The notes under the pieces are model-generated. The model saw only the letters and a list, made by a program, of their open reading frames with translations, was not told where the DNA came from and did not search any database. The translations under genes and the position numbers were made by a program. 64,000 nt of DNA from Nitrospira sp. (lineage in GTDB: Bacteria > Nitrospirota > Nitrospiria > Nitrospirales > Nitrospiraceae): NCBI GenBank assembly GCA_047150005.1, contig AP038806.1, forward strand, positions 3,680,001 to 3,744,000, given 5' to 3'. Positions 8,723 through 18,551 of the stretch are shown one piece after another; the first letter of the stretch is position 1, and the number at the start of each line of letters is the position of its first letter.

Positions 8723-10012
8723 TCAGAGTTCCGACAAGGCGTCGGCATAGGTTGCGGCATGGGGCAAATGATAGGCGTCGAACGCGCTTCGCAGATCAAC
8801 CCCGCCTGTCGCGTCCGTGAACATGACGAACAGGTTGTTGCCGGTCCTCCGGTTTGTTGGAGTACAGCTCTCGAAGTTGTAGGAGCGTGCGGGATGATAG
8901 AGCCGCTCCCAAAATTGCGGGGTCAGGAGTCCTCGCTCGAACAGCGGCCAAAAATAGCAGTTGCCGATGTCATGACTTTCGCTGAGCTGATCGCATCCCT
9001 TGGTGTACTCGATGCCCCGAAGGCCTCTCGGACCGAATTGATCCAGCGGCAGGAAGCCGGAACTGTAGGCCAGCGCATCGGCCTGACCTTCGTTGAAACA
9101 GGAATAATCTCCGGCGAAGAATCCTGAGATTTCGTTAAAGAGTTGATGCGCGATCTCATGCGCGATGCGCGGAGTGACATTCTGAACAAGCCCTCCGAAC
9201 GCGTTGAAATATAGAGGATGGGCGTAGTTCGCCGTGATCACACCGTTGCCATAGCTGAAATTCCCTTCCCCCTGCTGCGAGGTGGCCAACTCGGTCGGCA
9301 TGACCAGCGCCGTGATCGGACCCGAGCTGACCCCTGTCAGCCTCCGTTCGGCGGATTGAATTGCAAGAGCGTTCGTAAAAATTTCCGTTCCCGCATTTCC
9401 CGCTTGGAACGAGGCCTGCCGATAAAACACGGTCCGCAAGCCGGTAGTGGGATCGGTCCGTTGGTCGGTCACGAAGTCCACAGGCGTGATGCCGCCCCAT
9501 ACGGGAGGCAGTTCGTACCAGGTCACCGTGACATCGGTCTCGGTGGACAACACGATGGAGGGTGCATAGGGCACGGTCACGAACGCGCTGGGGCCTTGGG
9601 GGTAAAGCGTGGCAAAGACATCCGCGAACCCGCTGATCAATTCTGGAGATGCCCCGAGGACGGGGAACGCAAGGCCGCTGATTCGGATGCCATCGACCGA
9701 CGGGATGATCGTCGTCGCTCGGCACGTTCCGCCGCAGGTGGAGAGGACGACCGGAGTTTGATTGCGACATCCCGCATCATCACAGTACGACAACCACGGG
9801 GGAAGCGGTGTTCGGGCCCCGGCCGGAGGAATGACCGGAGGCGTAGTCGGCGGGGTTGTCGGTGCGTTGGGGTTGGGGTTCCCCGGAGGCGGAACACCTG
9901 GCTGCGTCGGGGTCTGCGGCTCCACCACCGTAGTGGTTTGAGGTTGAGACTTGTCCCCCCCACTGGAGCAGGCAACCAAGAACAACGTGAAGAACAGAAC
10001 GAGCAGTGTCAT
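8723..10012 (-). CDS. Lipoprotein with gluzincin-like metallopeptidase motif
   Basis: Lipobox FLVAC, Pro/Thr linker, HEIAH followed by NEGQAD. Confidence 0.75.
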   Translation of the reverse strand: MTLLVLFFTLFLVACSSGGDKSQPQTTTVVEPQTPTQPGVPPPGNPNPNAPTTPPTTPPVIPPAGARTPLPPWLSYCDDAGCRNQTPVVLSTCGGTCRATTIIPSVDGIRISGLAFPVLGASPELISGFADVFATLYPQGPSAFVTVPYAPSIVLSTETDVTVTWYELPPVWGGITPVDFVTDQRTDPTTGLRTVFYRQASFQAGNAGTEIFTNALAIQSAERRLTGVSSGPITALVMPTELATSQQGEGNFSYGNGVITANYAHPLYFNAFGGLVQNVTPRIAHEIAHQLFNEISGFFAGDYSCFNEGQADALAYSSGFLPLDQFGPRGLRGIEYTKGCDQLSESHDIGNCYFWPLFERGLLTPQFWERLYHPARSYNFESCTPTNRRTGNNLFVMFTDATGGVDLRSAFDAYHLPHAATYADALSEL

Positions 10013-10362
10013 AACCCAAGACCAGAATACGCGGTTTGCCTAGATCGTCCTACCCACCCGAATGAGGGGTATTTGTTCGCGGATCAGAACTCACGATCGT
10101 GCACTACTTATGCGGCCGTTCCGGTGTAACACAATCTGACCCGGTCTTTCCACCTCGGACTCTTCAAACACGGAAGCCTCATTCAGCCTGATCAGGATTG
10201 GCATCATTCAAACCTGGCCTTACTGGATCATAAATGAGCGGTACCGTCGGCATGGGCGATCAAGTCCGGACTTGACGCAAGCCGTCCAAAGGTTCACAAC
10301 TACCCCTCACAACGCAGCCTGCAAACGGTACGCGCTCGGTCGATGAGCTGAAACAGAAGAAT

Positions 10363-10439
<77 letters not shown>

Positions 10440-10449
10440 AACAGAGCTC

Positions 10450-10688
10450 GCTCGTGCCGCCGGCTCACCAAGCGAAGCTTCTCTGCATCATTGCCGGCGG
10501 ATAAACACCTCCAGTAGTCCGAACTGTCGTTCTGCTCGTGCCGCGGGTTCTTCAGGCGAAGCCTCTCCCTTATTGGTTGCCCGCGGATAAGTACCTCACA
10601 TACTCTGTGATCTTTGATGGCTTCGTGTAAGCTGCGGCTTACCAGCCGTAGCCCCTCTTCATGACATTTCGCCGATGGGTAAACTCCT
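10450..10688. repeat. Three degenerate tandem structured repeats (period 84-86 bp)
   Basis: Units start at 10450, 10534 and 10620 and share GC(T)TCGTG...GCGAAGC-like...CTC...GCGGATAA..ACCTC; the third is most diverged. Confidence 0.75.
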
Positions 10689-10757
10689 GTAGACATGGCG
10701 AACCGCCCTCTTCTATAGTTTCCTCCTCGTATTGAGCTTTCAGGGGCTTGAGACCTC

Positions 10758-13718
10758 ATGCGCAGGCTGTTCCGACCGATTCCTCTCGCGATTTCGGCAG
10801 TCGTCCTGCTCGTCGTCTACACACTGGCCGGGTTTTTCCTTCTTCCCTACATCATCAAGTCCCGAGTCCTTCCGGCCGTCGGCGAACAGATCGGCCGGCC
10901 GGTTCTGGTTGAAGACGTACAGATCAACCCATTCGCGCTGTCGATCACCGTGACCGGGTTCGAAATACGAGAGACCGACCAAACTGCGTTGCTCGGATTC
11001 GAACGGCTCTACGTCAATTTCGAGGTCTCTTCGCTGGTGCGACGGGCGTTTCGCTTCGATGAAATTACTCTCGCCATGCCCTTCGTATCGGTCCGCGTTC
11101 TTCCGACCGGCCAACTCAACCTTCTTGATCTGGCCAAGAGCTCGGGCGGTACGACCGCCTCTCCCGAACAGAGCGCCGACGCGCAACCTCAAGAGGACAA
11201 GAAGCCGCTTCCTCCTATCGAGATCGGACTCCTGCAAATCAGCAGCGGGATCGTCGAATTTCGCGACGAATCGAAACGAAAGCCCTTTGAAGTTTCGATC
11301 GTCCCGATCGAGATCCAGCTCCAAAATTTCACCACGCGCCGGGGCGGAGAGAGCACCTATGCCTTCAGCGCGGAAGTCCGCAAGGAGGAATTGCTCAACT
11401 GGGAAGGGTACGTGTCCCTTGATCCGATCGAATCGGAAGGAAAGTTCTCTCTGACGGGCGTGCGCGGACCGGTGCTCTGGCTCTACGTGAAGGACCGATT
11501 CAATTTCGATATCCCGGACGGCCTCTTGAACATCAGCGCGCGCTATCGCTTCGATACGACCGTAGAACCGTTCAATCTCACGTTGAACGACGGTGAGATC
11601 GGTCTGGCCAACCTCGCGCTTACCGAATCGGGCAAGGACGAGGCGGTGATTTCGATTCCCTCCTTTCTGGTCCATGGCATCAACGTGGACGTCGCTCGAC
11701 GGAACCTGGACATATCATCGGTCGAATCCAAAGACGCACAATTTAAGGGTTGGATGGAGAAGGACAAAACCGTGAACTTTCAGACGCTCTTTACGCCGAA
11801 GCCCTCGGAAGCTGCGGAAGAACCGCGGAAGCAAACCGTATCAACGGAAGCGTCTGCCGAGGCGACCGAGCAGCGACCATGGTTGATTGCACTGAAGGAG
11901 ATCGCCCTGAAGAACTACGGCCTGGATTTCGAGGACCGCAGCACGCCGACCCCGGCACACCATCGGATCGCGGCCATGAACACCACGGTGAAAGACCTCC
12001 ATGTACCGTTCAAAGAACCGCTGAATATAGATCTCGGATTCCAGCTCAACGATACCGGATCGGTGCACGCCAACGGGACCGTCGGACTCAAGCCATTCGA
12101 GGCCAGTATCGGCCTGCGTCTGTCCGCAATTCCTCTCAAGCCGCTGGAGCCGTACCTTGAAGGAGTCGCCCGCGTGGCGATTGATTCGGGGAATCTCGAC
12201 ATGAGCGGGGATCTTCACTTGGCCGTGGAACATCCGAACGCACCCATGCTGACGTACAACGGAAATTTTGGCATCCGGAATCTGGCGGTTAACGATCGCG
12301 ACGGCGTATCTTCTCTGGTTTCATGGAAGCAGCTGCAGCTGAAACAGCTGGCTCTCACGGTTGATCCCACCACGGTGACGATCGAAGAAGTGGGGCTGGA
12401 TCAACCGGCCGTTCATTTCAAGATACAACCGGACGGGCAGTCAAACCTTAGCAGCATCCGCCCACAAACCCAGACAGCGGAGCCGGCGCCCGAGCCGGCT
12501 TCTTCCGCGAAGAAAGGACCGCCCCCCGCTGTTTCCGTCAAGACGGTCAAGCTCCTGAGAGGATCGGCCACGTTCGTCGACGAATCGATCCGGCCGACCG
12601 TGCGGACCGGCATCCATGATCTGACCGGAACCATCAAAGGACTTTCCTCGAAACAATTGGCCAAAGCGGACGTCGAATTGACCGGCAGAATGGACAAGGT
12701 GGCGCCGTTGAAAATCTCCGGTGCCATCAATCCATTGACGGAGAATACGTTTACGGATCTACTGATCAAGTTTGAGAACGTCGACCTCACGACTGCCGCC
12801 CCGTACAGCGGGAAATACGCGGGCTATCCGATCAGCAAAGGCAAACTGTTCTTGGATCTGGCGTACAAGGTCTCCAAGAAGCAGCTGGAGGCGGAGAACA
12901 AGGTCGCGATCGACCAGCTCACATTCGGCGAGAAGACCGACAGCCCGGACGCCACTTCGCTTCCCGTTCCGCTTGCCGTGGCTCTGCTCAAGGATCGCAA
13001 CGGCCGCATCGACATCGATCTGCCTATCCGAGGTGACCTGAACGATCCCGACTTCAAGTATGGGAAGGTCGTCATTTCCACCTTGCTCAATCTCCTGACC
13101 AAGATGGCGGCGTCCCCATTCGCTCTCGTCGGCAAATTGATTCCGGGGGGCGGGAGCGGTGAGGATCTGCAGTACGTTGAATTCGCACCTGGATCGGCGA
13201 TCGCCTCGGACGAAGATATGAAAAAGGTCGATGCCCTGGTCAAAGCGCTGGCCGAGAGACCGGGATTACGGCTGGAGATCACCGGCACCGCCGATCCGGT
13301 TCGCGATCGGCAGGCTCTCGGATTCAAGAAGCTCTCCGCGGAACTGCTGGCCAAATGGACCCGCGAGCGCGGCAAGTCGGCGGCCGGTGAATCGCTGCCG
13401 GCCGACGACGAACAGCGGCTGCTCAAGGAACTCTATGAACAGCGCCGTGCTTCCGCCGGAGCGGCCGAGCCTGCGCGGACCACGGCTGCTCCCCCCAGTC
13501 CGCCGACCGTAGAGGAGATGAGGCGAGGCCTGGCGGCAGCCATGCCCTTCGAGGAAGAGGACCTACGGGCGCTGGCTCACCAACGGGCGGAGGAGATCCG
13601 AAACCAGCTGACCGGAGAGGGAAAGTTGGAGGGGGAGCGAGTCTATCTAGTGAACGAGGATATCTCAGCCTCCGAACATGAACGCATTCGCAGCAAACTC
13701 GGTATCACGGCTTCGTGA
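10758..13718 (+). CDS. DUF748-family (AsmA-like) envelope protein
   Basis: N-terminal TM anchor, INPFALS, repeated beta-rich blocks, PYSGKYAGY, LPVPLAVALLKDRNGRIDIDLPIRGDLNDPDF. Confidence 0.85.
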   Translation: MRRLFRPIPLAISAVVLLVVYTLAGFFLLPYIIKSRVLPAVGEQIGRPVLVEDVQINPFALSITVTGFEIRETDQTALLGFERLYVNFEVSSLVRRAFRFDEITLAMPFVSVRVLPTGQLNLLDLAKSSGGTTASPEQSADAQPQEDKKPLPPIEIGLLQISSGIVEFRDESKRKPFEVSIVPIEIQLQNFTTRRGGESTYAFSAEVRKEELLNWEGYVSLDPIESEGKFSLTGVRGPVLWLYVKDRFNFDIPDGLLNISARYRFDTTVEPFNLTLNDGEIGLANLALTESGKDEAVISIPSFLVHGINVDVARRNLDISSVESKDAQFKGWMEKDKTVNFQTLFTPKPSEAAEEPRKQTVSTEASAEATEQRPWLIALKEIALKNYGLDFEDRSTPTPAHHRIAAMNTTVKDLHVPFKEPLNIDLGFQLNDTGSVHANGTVGLKPFEASIGLRLSAIPLKPLEPYLEGVARVAIDSGNLDMSGDLHLAVEHPNAPMLTYNGNFGIRNLAVNDRDGVSSLVSWKQLQLKQLALTVDPTTVTIEEVGLDQPAVHFKIQPDGQSNLSSIRPQTQTAEPAPEPASSAKKGPPPAVSVKTVKLLRGSATFVDESIRPTVRTGIHDLTGTIKGLSSKQLAKADVELTGRMDKVAPLKISGAINPLTENTFTDLLIKFENVDLTTAAPYSGKYAGYPISKGKLFLDLAYKVSKKQLEAENKVAIDQLTFGEKTDSPDATSLPVPLAVALLKDRNGRIDIDLPIRGDLNDPDFKYGKVVISTLLNLLTKMAASPFALVGKLIPGGGSGEDLQYVEFAPGSAIASDEDMKKVDALVKALAERPGLRLEITGTADPVRDRQALGFKKLSAELLAKWTRERGKSAAGESLPADDEQRLLKELYEQRRASAGAAEPARTTAAPPSPPTVEEMRRGLAAAMPFEEEDLRALAHQRAEEIRNQLTGEGKLEGERVYLVNEDISASEHERIRSKLGITAS

Positions 13719-13856
13719 CCGACACGGGAGGTCGCGACGTACCGAACGCCTCACGAGACTCTTGAACTGACCCGCTCCTCCACAGTATCGTAGAGAAACC
13801 CGCGTGATCGTCGCCAACCGGATCGATCATATTTATTAATATGGACGGAGGACGTT

Positions 13857-14492
13857 ATGGCTCTGCGACTAGGAGATGAAGCTCCAAACTTTACGGCAGA
13901 AACGACCGAGGGACCCATCAACTTTCATGAATGGCTCGGGAACGGGTGGGGCATTTTATTTTCTCACCCCAAGGACTACACGCCCGTCTGCACGACGGAA
14001 TTGGGCACCGTCGCGAAGATCACCCCGGAGTTCAAGAAGCGCGGCGTGAAGGTCATCGCGATCAGCGTCGACCCTCTGGATTCGCACAAGGGTTGGATCA
14101 ACGACATCAACGAAACGCAACACACGACGATGAATTATCCCATCATCGCCGACCCCGAGAAGAAGGTCTCCACGCTGTACGATATGATTCATCCCAACGC
14201 GATCGACAACATGACGGTCCGCTCCGTCTTTATCATCGGTCCGGACAAAAAGATCAAGCTGACCTTGACCTATCCGGCCTCATGTGGTCGGAATTTCGAT
14301 GAATTGCTCCGCGTCGTCGATTCACTTCAGTTGACGTCGAAGTATAAGGTCGCGACCCCCGCGAACTGGAAGGACGGGGAGGACTGCATTATCACGCCTG
14401 CGGTCAACAACGACGAGGCCAAGACCTTGTTCCCGAAGGGCTTCAAGACCATCAAGCCCTACCTTCGCTACACGCCCCAGCCGAACAAGTAA
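13857..14492 (+). CDS. Peroxiredoxin, Prx6 (1-Cys) subfamily
   Basis: FSHPKDYTPVCTTE, GRNFDELLRV, TPANW. Confidence 0.95.
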   Translation: MALRLGDEAPNFTAETTEGPINFHEWLGNGWGILFSHPKDYTPVCTTELGTVAKITPEFKKRGVKVIAISVDPLDSHKGWINDINETQHTTMNYPIIADPEKKVSTLYDMIHPNAIDNMTVRSVFIIGPDKKIKLTLTYPASCGRNFDELLRVVDSLQLTSKYKVATPANWKDGEDCIITPAVNNDEAKTLFPKGFKTIKPYLRYTPQPNK

Positions 14493-14541
14493 TCACGGCC
14501 TGCTACTCGGAGGGGCGGCATTCAGATGCCGTCCCCTCCGG

Positions 14542-16743
14542 TCACACCAACAGTAAGCCGGCCTTGCGGATCGTGTCCCACGACGCACTCGAGAGGAACG
14601 ATTCGCCCCGCTTCCCGCCTCCGGGAAAACTTCCGATGGCGTCCCGGAGGAGCGGATAGGTCTGCACCAAGCCCTTGCGCCTCTTTGGCGCGGCAAGTGC
14701 GATCAGGTTCTCGATCCACCGTGCCTCCGCCGCGGAAAGGTCCAACGGTTCCTCCGTGCTGCTCGGCCAGCGCAGGGTTCTCGTTTTGCCGACGGTATGT
14801 CCCGACGGCATTCCGCCCAACCACACGAGACGGCGCTCGATGGTGATGTCATCGGGATTCGGTTCGCGCCGGACCAATCGGCGCGCCCAGGTGGAGGGTA
14901 CGGCCGGACTCGGCATGTTCCGGTCGAACCAGTTGCGCACATCCATACGCAGCCCGCGCCCTTCAAGAAAATTGAGCATCGACCGCCGCAAGCCTTCCCG
15001 TACCCAGTCGGGCATCGCACCGGTCGGATTCGTCGGATCCGTATGGATCAGATCGTTGTCGGCAAAACCCTGAAACCGCGGACCCAGAATGCGAATGCCG
15101 TGGGATTCGGGATCAAGACCAATGGGACTGTGTGCCGTCGCCGTAAAGCGATGCCAGAAGGCCGATTGCATCAGACCGGCCGCAAACAACTGGCGCACAC
15201 GCTCGAGCGCATCGACCGTTTCCTGCAGCGTCTCGGACGGAAACCCGTACATGAGGTAGCCATGGACCAGAATGCCGGCCTGGTTGAAGGCGGAACACAC
15301 GAGCGCGGTCTGGTCGACGGTGATGCCTTTCTTCATTTGTTCCAGCAGGCGATCCGACGCTGCCTCAAGTCCCGCGGTCACCGCGATGCAGCCGGAAGCC
15401 GCCAAGAGACGACAGAGGTCTGGGGAAAACGCCGCTTCGAATCGAATATTGCCCCACCAGCGGATCGTCAGGCGTCGTTCGAGCAAGGCCAAGGCCAGTG
15501 ATTTCAATCCAGCCGGCGGAGCGGCCTCGTCGACAAAATGAAACGTGTTGCGGCCGGTCTCGGCCATCAGACGTGTGATCCGTTTGATCATACGTTCAGT
15601 CGGCGTGGCTTCATAGCGGCCGATGTAATCCAATCCGACGTCGCAAAAGGTACATTGCTTCCAGTAGCACCCGTGCGCAACCGTGAGTTTGTTCCAGTGT
15701 CCTTCGCTCCACAATCGATGCATCGGATTGGTGCTGTCGAGAATGCTCACATACCGATCGAGCGCCAGACCATCGTAGGTGGGGCAACCCACCTCGTTCA
15801 TGGAAAAATCGACCGCCATGCTCTCGGAACTGTAACGGACACGACCTTTGTCACGATGAAAGGTCCGGCACAGCGCGCTCCGCGATCGCCGCCCGGCGAG
15901 ATGCTCGACGAGCGAAAGGAGGGGACGTTCTCCGTCGTCCAATGTGACGAAGTCGACGTAATCGAAGATGCGGGGATCGCTGATCCGCCGCAACTCCGTG
16001 TTCACGTAGCCTCCGCCCAGCGCGATGACGGTCTCGGGGCACTGTCGTCGCACGGCCTGGGCAATTCGAAAGGCGCCGTAGACGTTGCCGGGAAAGGGTA
16101 CGGACAGTCCGACAAGACCGGGCTGGATCCGATCGAGATGCGCCGAGAGCGCGTCCAACATGAATCGATCGGTCAAGCTCGGCGCCTCCGCCAAGCCGGC
16201 CGCCAACGCCTCGAACGACGAGGCGGATCGCGCCAGGTGCTCGGCATACCGATTCAACGCAAAATGAGGAGAAACCACCGCCTGCACGAGGTCGGCCAAG
16301 TCCTCCAAAAACCATGTGGCCCGCAGCTTGGCCCGGTCCTGCACGGACATCGATCGCGGCCATCTCGCTCGTCCGGCAGATCGCGGGCCGCGCGGCAAGA
16401 CGCCCTGGCTGGCCAACTCGGCGGCCAACGCGGGGGTACGGCCTTGGAGGAATCCGATCACCGGATCGATCCACTTCGTGTAGGCCCGCGCCGCTTCGAG
16501 CATGGCGCAAGCCTCGTCCGGCAACGGGCCCTTGTAGTTGCGCACTGCGTCAAAGATCGCGCGGACCCCGTCACGACTGAACAATCGCAGCACCATCTCG
16601 ATGCCGAGGTCCGCCTGATGGCAGGGAACACCACGCGATCGGAGAAAACCGGTCAGATAGGCGGTCGACGGGTAGGGGGTGTTCAGCTGAGTCAGCGGAG
16701 GGATGACCAAGAAGACGGCAATCGGCGCCATGAAGCCCGACAT
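14542..16743 (-). CDS. B12-binding-domain radical SAM protein
   Basis: PPLTQLNTPYPSTAYL N-terminus, CYWKQCTFC, FVDEAAPP. Confidence 0.88.
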   Translation of the reverse strand: MSGFMAPIAVFLVIPPLTQLNTPYPSTAYLTGFLRSRGVPCHQADLGIEMVLRLFSRDGVRAIFDAVRNYKGPLPDEACAMLEAARAYTKWIDPVIGFLQGRTPALAAELASQGVLPRGPRSAGRARWPRSMSVQDRAKLRATWFLEDLADLVQAVVSPHFALNRYAEHLARSASSFEALAAGLAEAPSLTDRFMLDALSAHLDRIQPGLVGLSVPFPGNVYGAFRIAQAVRRQCPETVIALGGGYVNTELRRISDPRIFDYVDFVTLDDGERPLLSLVEHLAGRRSRSALCRTFHRDKGRVRYSSESMAVDFSMNEVGCPTYDGLALDRYVSILDSTNPMHRLWSEGHWNKLTVAHGCYWKQCTFCDVGLDYIGRYEATPTERMIKRITRLMAETGRNTFHFVDEAAPPAGLKSLALALLERRLTIRWWGNIRFEAAFSPDLCRLLAASGCIAVTAGLEAASDRLLEQMKKGITVDQTALVCSAFNQAGILVHGYLMYGFPSETLQETVDALERVRQLFAAGLMQSAFWHRFTATAHSPIGLDPESHGIRILGPRFQGFADNDLIHTDPTNPTGAMPDWVREGLRRSMLNFLEGRGLRMDVRNWFDRNMPSPAVPSTWARRLVRREPNPDDITIERRLVWLGGMPSGHTVGKTRTLRWPSSTEEPLDLSAAEARWIENLIALAAPKRRKGLVQTYPLLRDAIGSFPGGGKRGESFLSSASWDTIRKAGLLLV

Positions 16744-16867
16744 AACACAGTTTCGATCATCATTGCCATTCGATGGTGCACGACAGCATCCGATCGTCTC
16801 CGCTTATCGGACTCATAGTCGATTGTCAGTGGACAGCATCGTGGAGCGTCGGCTAGGGTGCCTCCCC

Positions 16868-17461
16868 ATGGAGCAGAAGCGAGGCGCGCCCCATTTCAAA
16901 CCATACACGCTGTACAGCGATTTCAATTGTCCGTTCTGTTATGCCTTGCACGAGCGGCTCCACGGTATGAAGCTGATCGACCTGGTTGCTTGGCGGGGCG
17001 TTCAGCACGCTCCCTGTCTGCCGAGTCCCCTGCGGAGATGGGAGGGAGTCTTGAGGGCCGAGTTACGGCATGAAGTGGCAGTCGTGAAGCGGCTGGCCCC
17101 TGAGCTGCCTATTGAGCCGCCGAACGGCAAGCCCAATACCAAACTGGCCATCGATCGTGCCGCGTCGCTGCTGTCCCTCGACGTGTCCCATGGAATGGAA
17201 TTTGTTCGCCGTGTCTATGCCGCATTCTGGCGCGATGGGGCGGATATTTCGGATCAAGAGGTCTTGGATCCGCTGGTTGGGCAATACGCCGATGCGGAAA
17301 TCCTCCGGAGCCCGGCAGAAAGCACTCGGCCGATCGTACACGAATGGGAGGAGCGCTGGCATGCGACGGGACAGGCCGGTGTCCCGCTTCTCGTGTCGTC
17401 CGACGATCGGCTGCTCGCCGGTTGCGTACCGGCGGAGCAGATCGAGAGGTTCTTTGGGTAG
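16868..17461 (+). CDS. DsbA/FrnE-like thioredoxin-fold protein
   Basis: YSDFNCPFCY and GVP motif; start estimated. Confidence 0.8.
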   Translation: MEQKRGAPHFKPYTLYSDFNCPFCYALHERLHGMKLIDLVAWRGVQHAPCLPSPLRRWEGVLRAELRHEVAVVKRLAPELPIEPPNGKPNTKLAIDRAASLLSLDVSHGMEFVRRVYAAFWRDGADISDQEVLDPLVGQYADAEILRSPAESTRPIVHEWEERWHATGQAGVPLLVSSDDRLLAGCVPAEQIERFFG

Positions 17462-17489
17462 AGGCAGCTCCGACTCGCAACGCAAAGCG

Positions 17490-17939
17490 ATGGTCGCCAC
17501 GGCCGAGGCTCTTGCGACCTTGCTCGATTCAGCCCTGAAGATTCCCGGGACGCCGTGGTATCTCGGCTTGGATCCGATCATCGGATTGATTCCCGGCATC
17601 GGTGATCTGCTCGCCAATCTGATCGGCATCACCATTCTAGGGCTCGCGGCGCGTCTTCAAGTACCGCGCATCGTACTGGCGAGGATGAGCCTTAATCTGA
17701 TGATCAACGGAGCAATCGGCTCGATTCCGCTTGTGGGGGATCTCTTTTCGGTGTGGTTCCGTAGTCACGCCAGAAATGCGCGTTTGCTGCGGCAGGCGGC
17801 GACTCAACCGTCACGGGCGACCGGAGGAGACTGGTTCTACGTGGCCTCCATCATCGCGGCCACATCGGCGCTGCTGATACTCGCCATCGTCCTGGTGGCA
17901 TGGGGCCTCATGAAGATCTGGCAGGCGGTTGCATACTGA
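17490..17939 (+). CDS. DUF4112 membrane protein
   Basis: LLDSALKIPGT...GLDPIIGLIPGIGD...GSIPLVGDLF; start estimated. Confidence 0.85.
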   Translation: MVATAEALATLLDSALKIPGTPWYLGLDPIIGLIPGIGDLLANLIGITILGLAARLQVPRIVLARMSLNLMINGAIGSIPLVGDLFSVWFRSHARNARLLRQAATQPSRATGGDWFYVASIIAATSALLILAIVLVAWGLMKIWQAVAY

Positions 17940-18031
17940 CCTTCCGAGAACGGTGTCCAACTGCCGGCCGGCGATAGGTCGACCGTTCGAAGGAGATCCA
18001 GAGTACCCGTGACGTCCTTGTCAGGACCTTG

Positions 18032-18451
18032 TCACGACGCCACGAACTTGAGCGCAACCCCGTTGATACAGTAGCGCAAGCCGGTCGGTTTCGGACCATC
18101 TTTGAATACATGACCCTGATGGCCCTCGCACCGTGCGCAATGGATTTCCGTGCGAGGAAAGATCAGCTTGAAATCGGTCGTCGTTTCGATCACCTTCGGA
18201 TCGATCGGTTGCCAAAAACTCGGCCAGCCGGTTCCGCTGTCGAATTTGTGATCGGAAGAAAACAGCGGGAGGTCGCAACCGGCGCAGTAGTAGACACCGG
18301 CTTGATGGTTCTCATGCAACGGATTGACGAAGGGCCGCTCGGTATCTTCATGCCGGAGAACCCGATAGGCTTCCGTCGGAAGGAGTTTTTTCCACTCTTC
18401 GTCCGTTTTGATGACTTTGACGATCGGCCCGATCTCGATCTTTGTCGGCAT
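18032..18451 (-). CDS. msrB: Peptide methionine-R-sulfoxide reductase
   Basis: KFDSGTGWPSF, GHVFKDGP, RYCING, two CxxC; AAGGAG SD. Confidence 0.96.
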   Translation of the reverse strand: MPTKIEIGPIVKVIKTDEEWKKLLPTEAYRVLRHEDTERPFVNPLHENHQAGVYYCAGCDLPLFSSDHKFDSGTGWPSFWQPIDPKVIETTTDFKLIFPRTEIHCARCEGHQGHVFKDGPKPTGLRYCINGVALKFVAS

Positions 18452-18551
18452 AGCGATCTCCTTTGTCATTCGGTATTCCCAGTGAAGTGTCGCCTGGGCG
18501 ACAAGATCCTTACATAGCGCCCGGCCCGGAACAAGGGGTGAGCCGGTCAAC

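Noticed and set aside
10450..10688. CRISPR array or integron attC array
   Set aside because: Units are too long and divergent, linkers only 22 nt, no cas genes, no RYYYAAC/GTTRRRY ends
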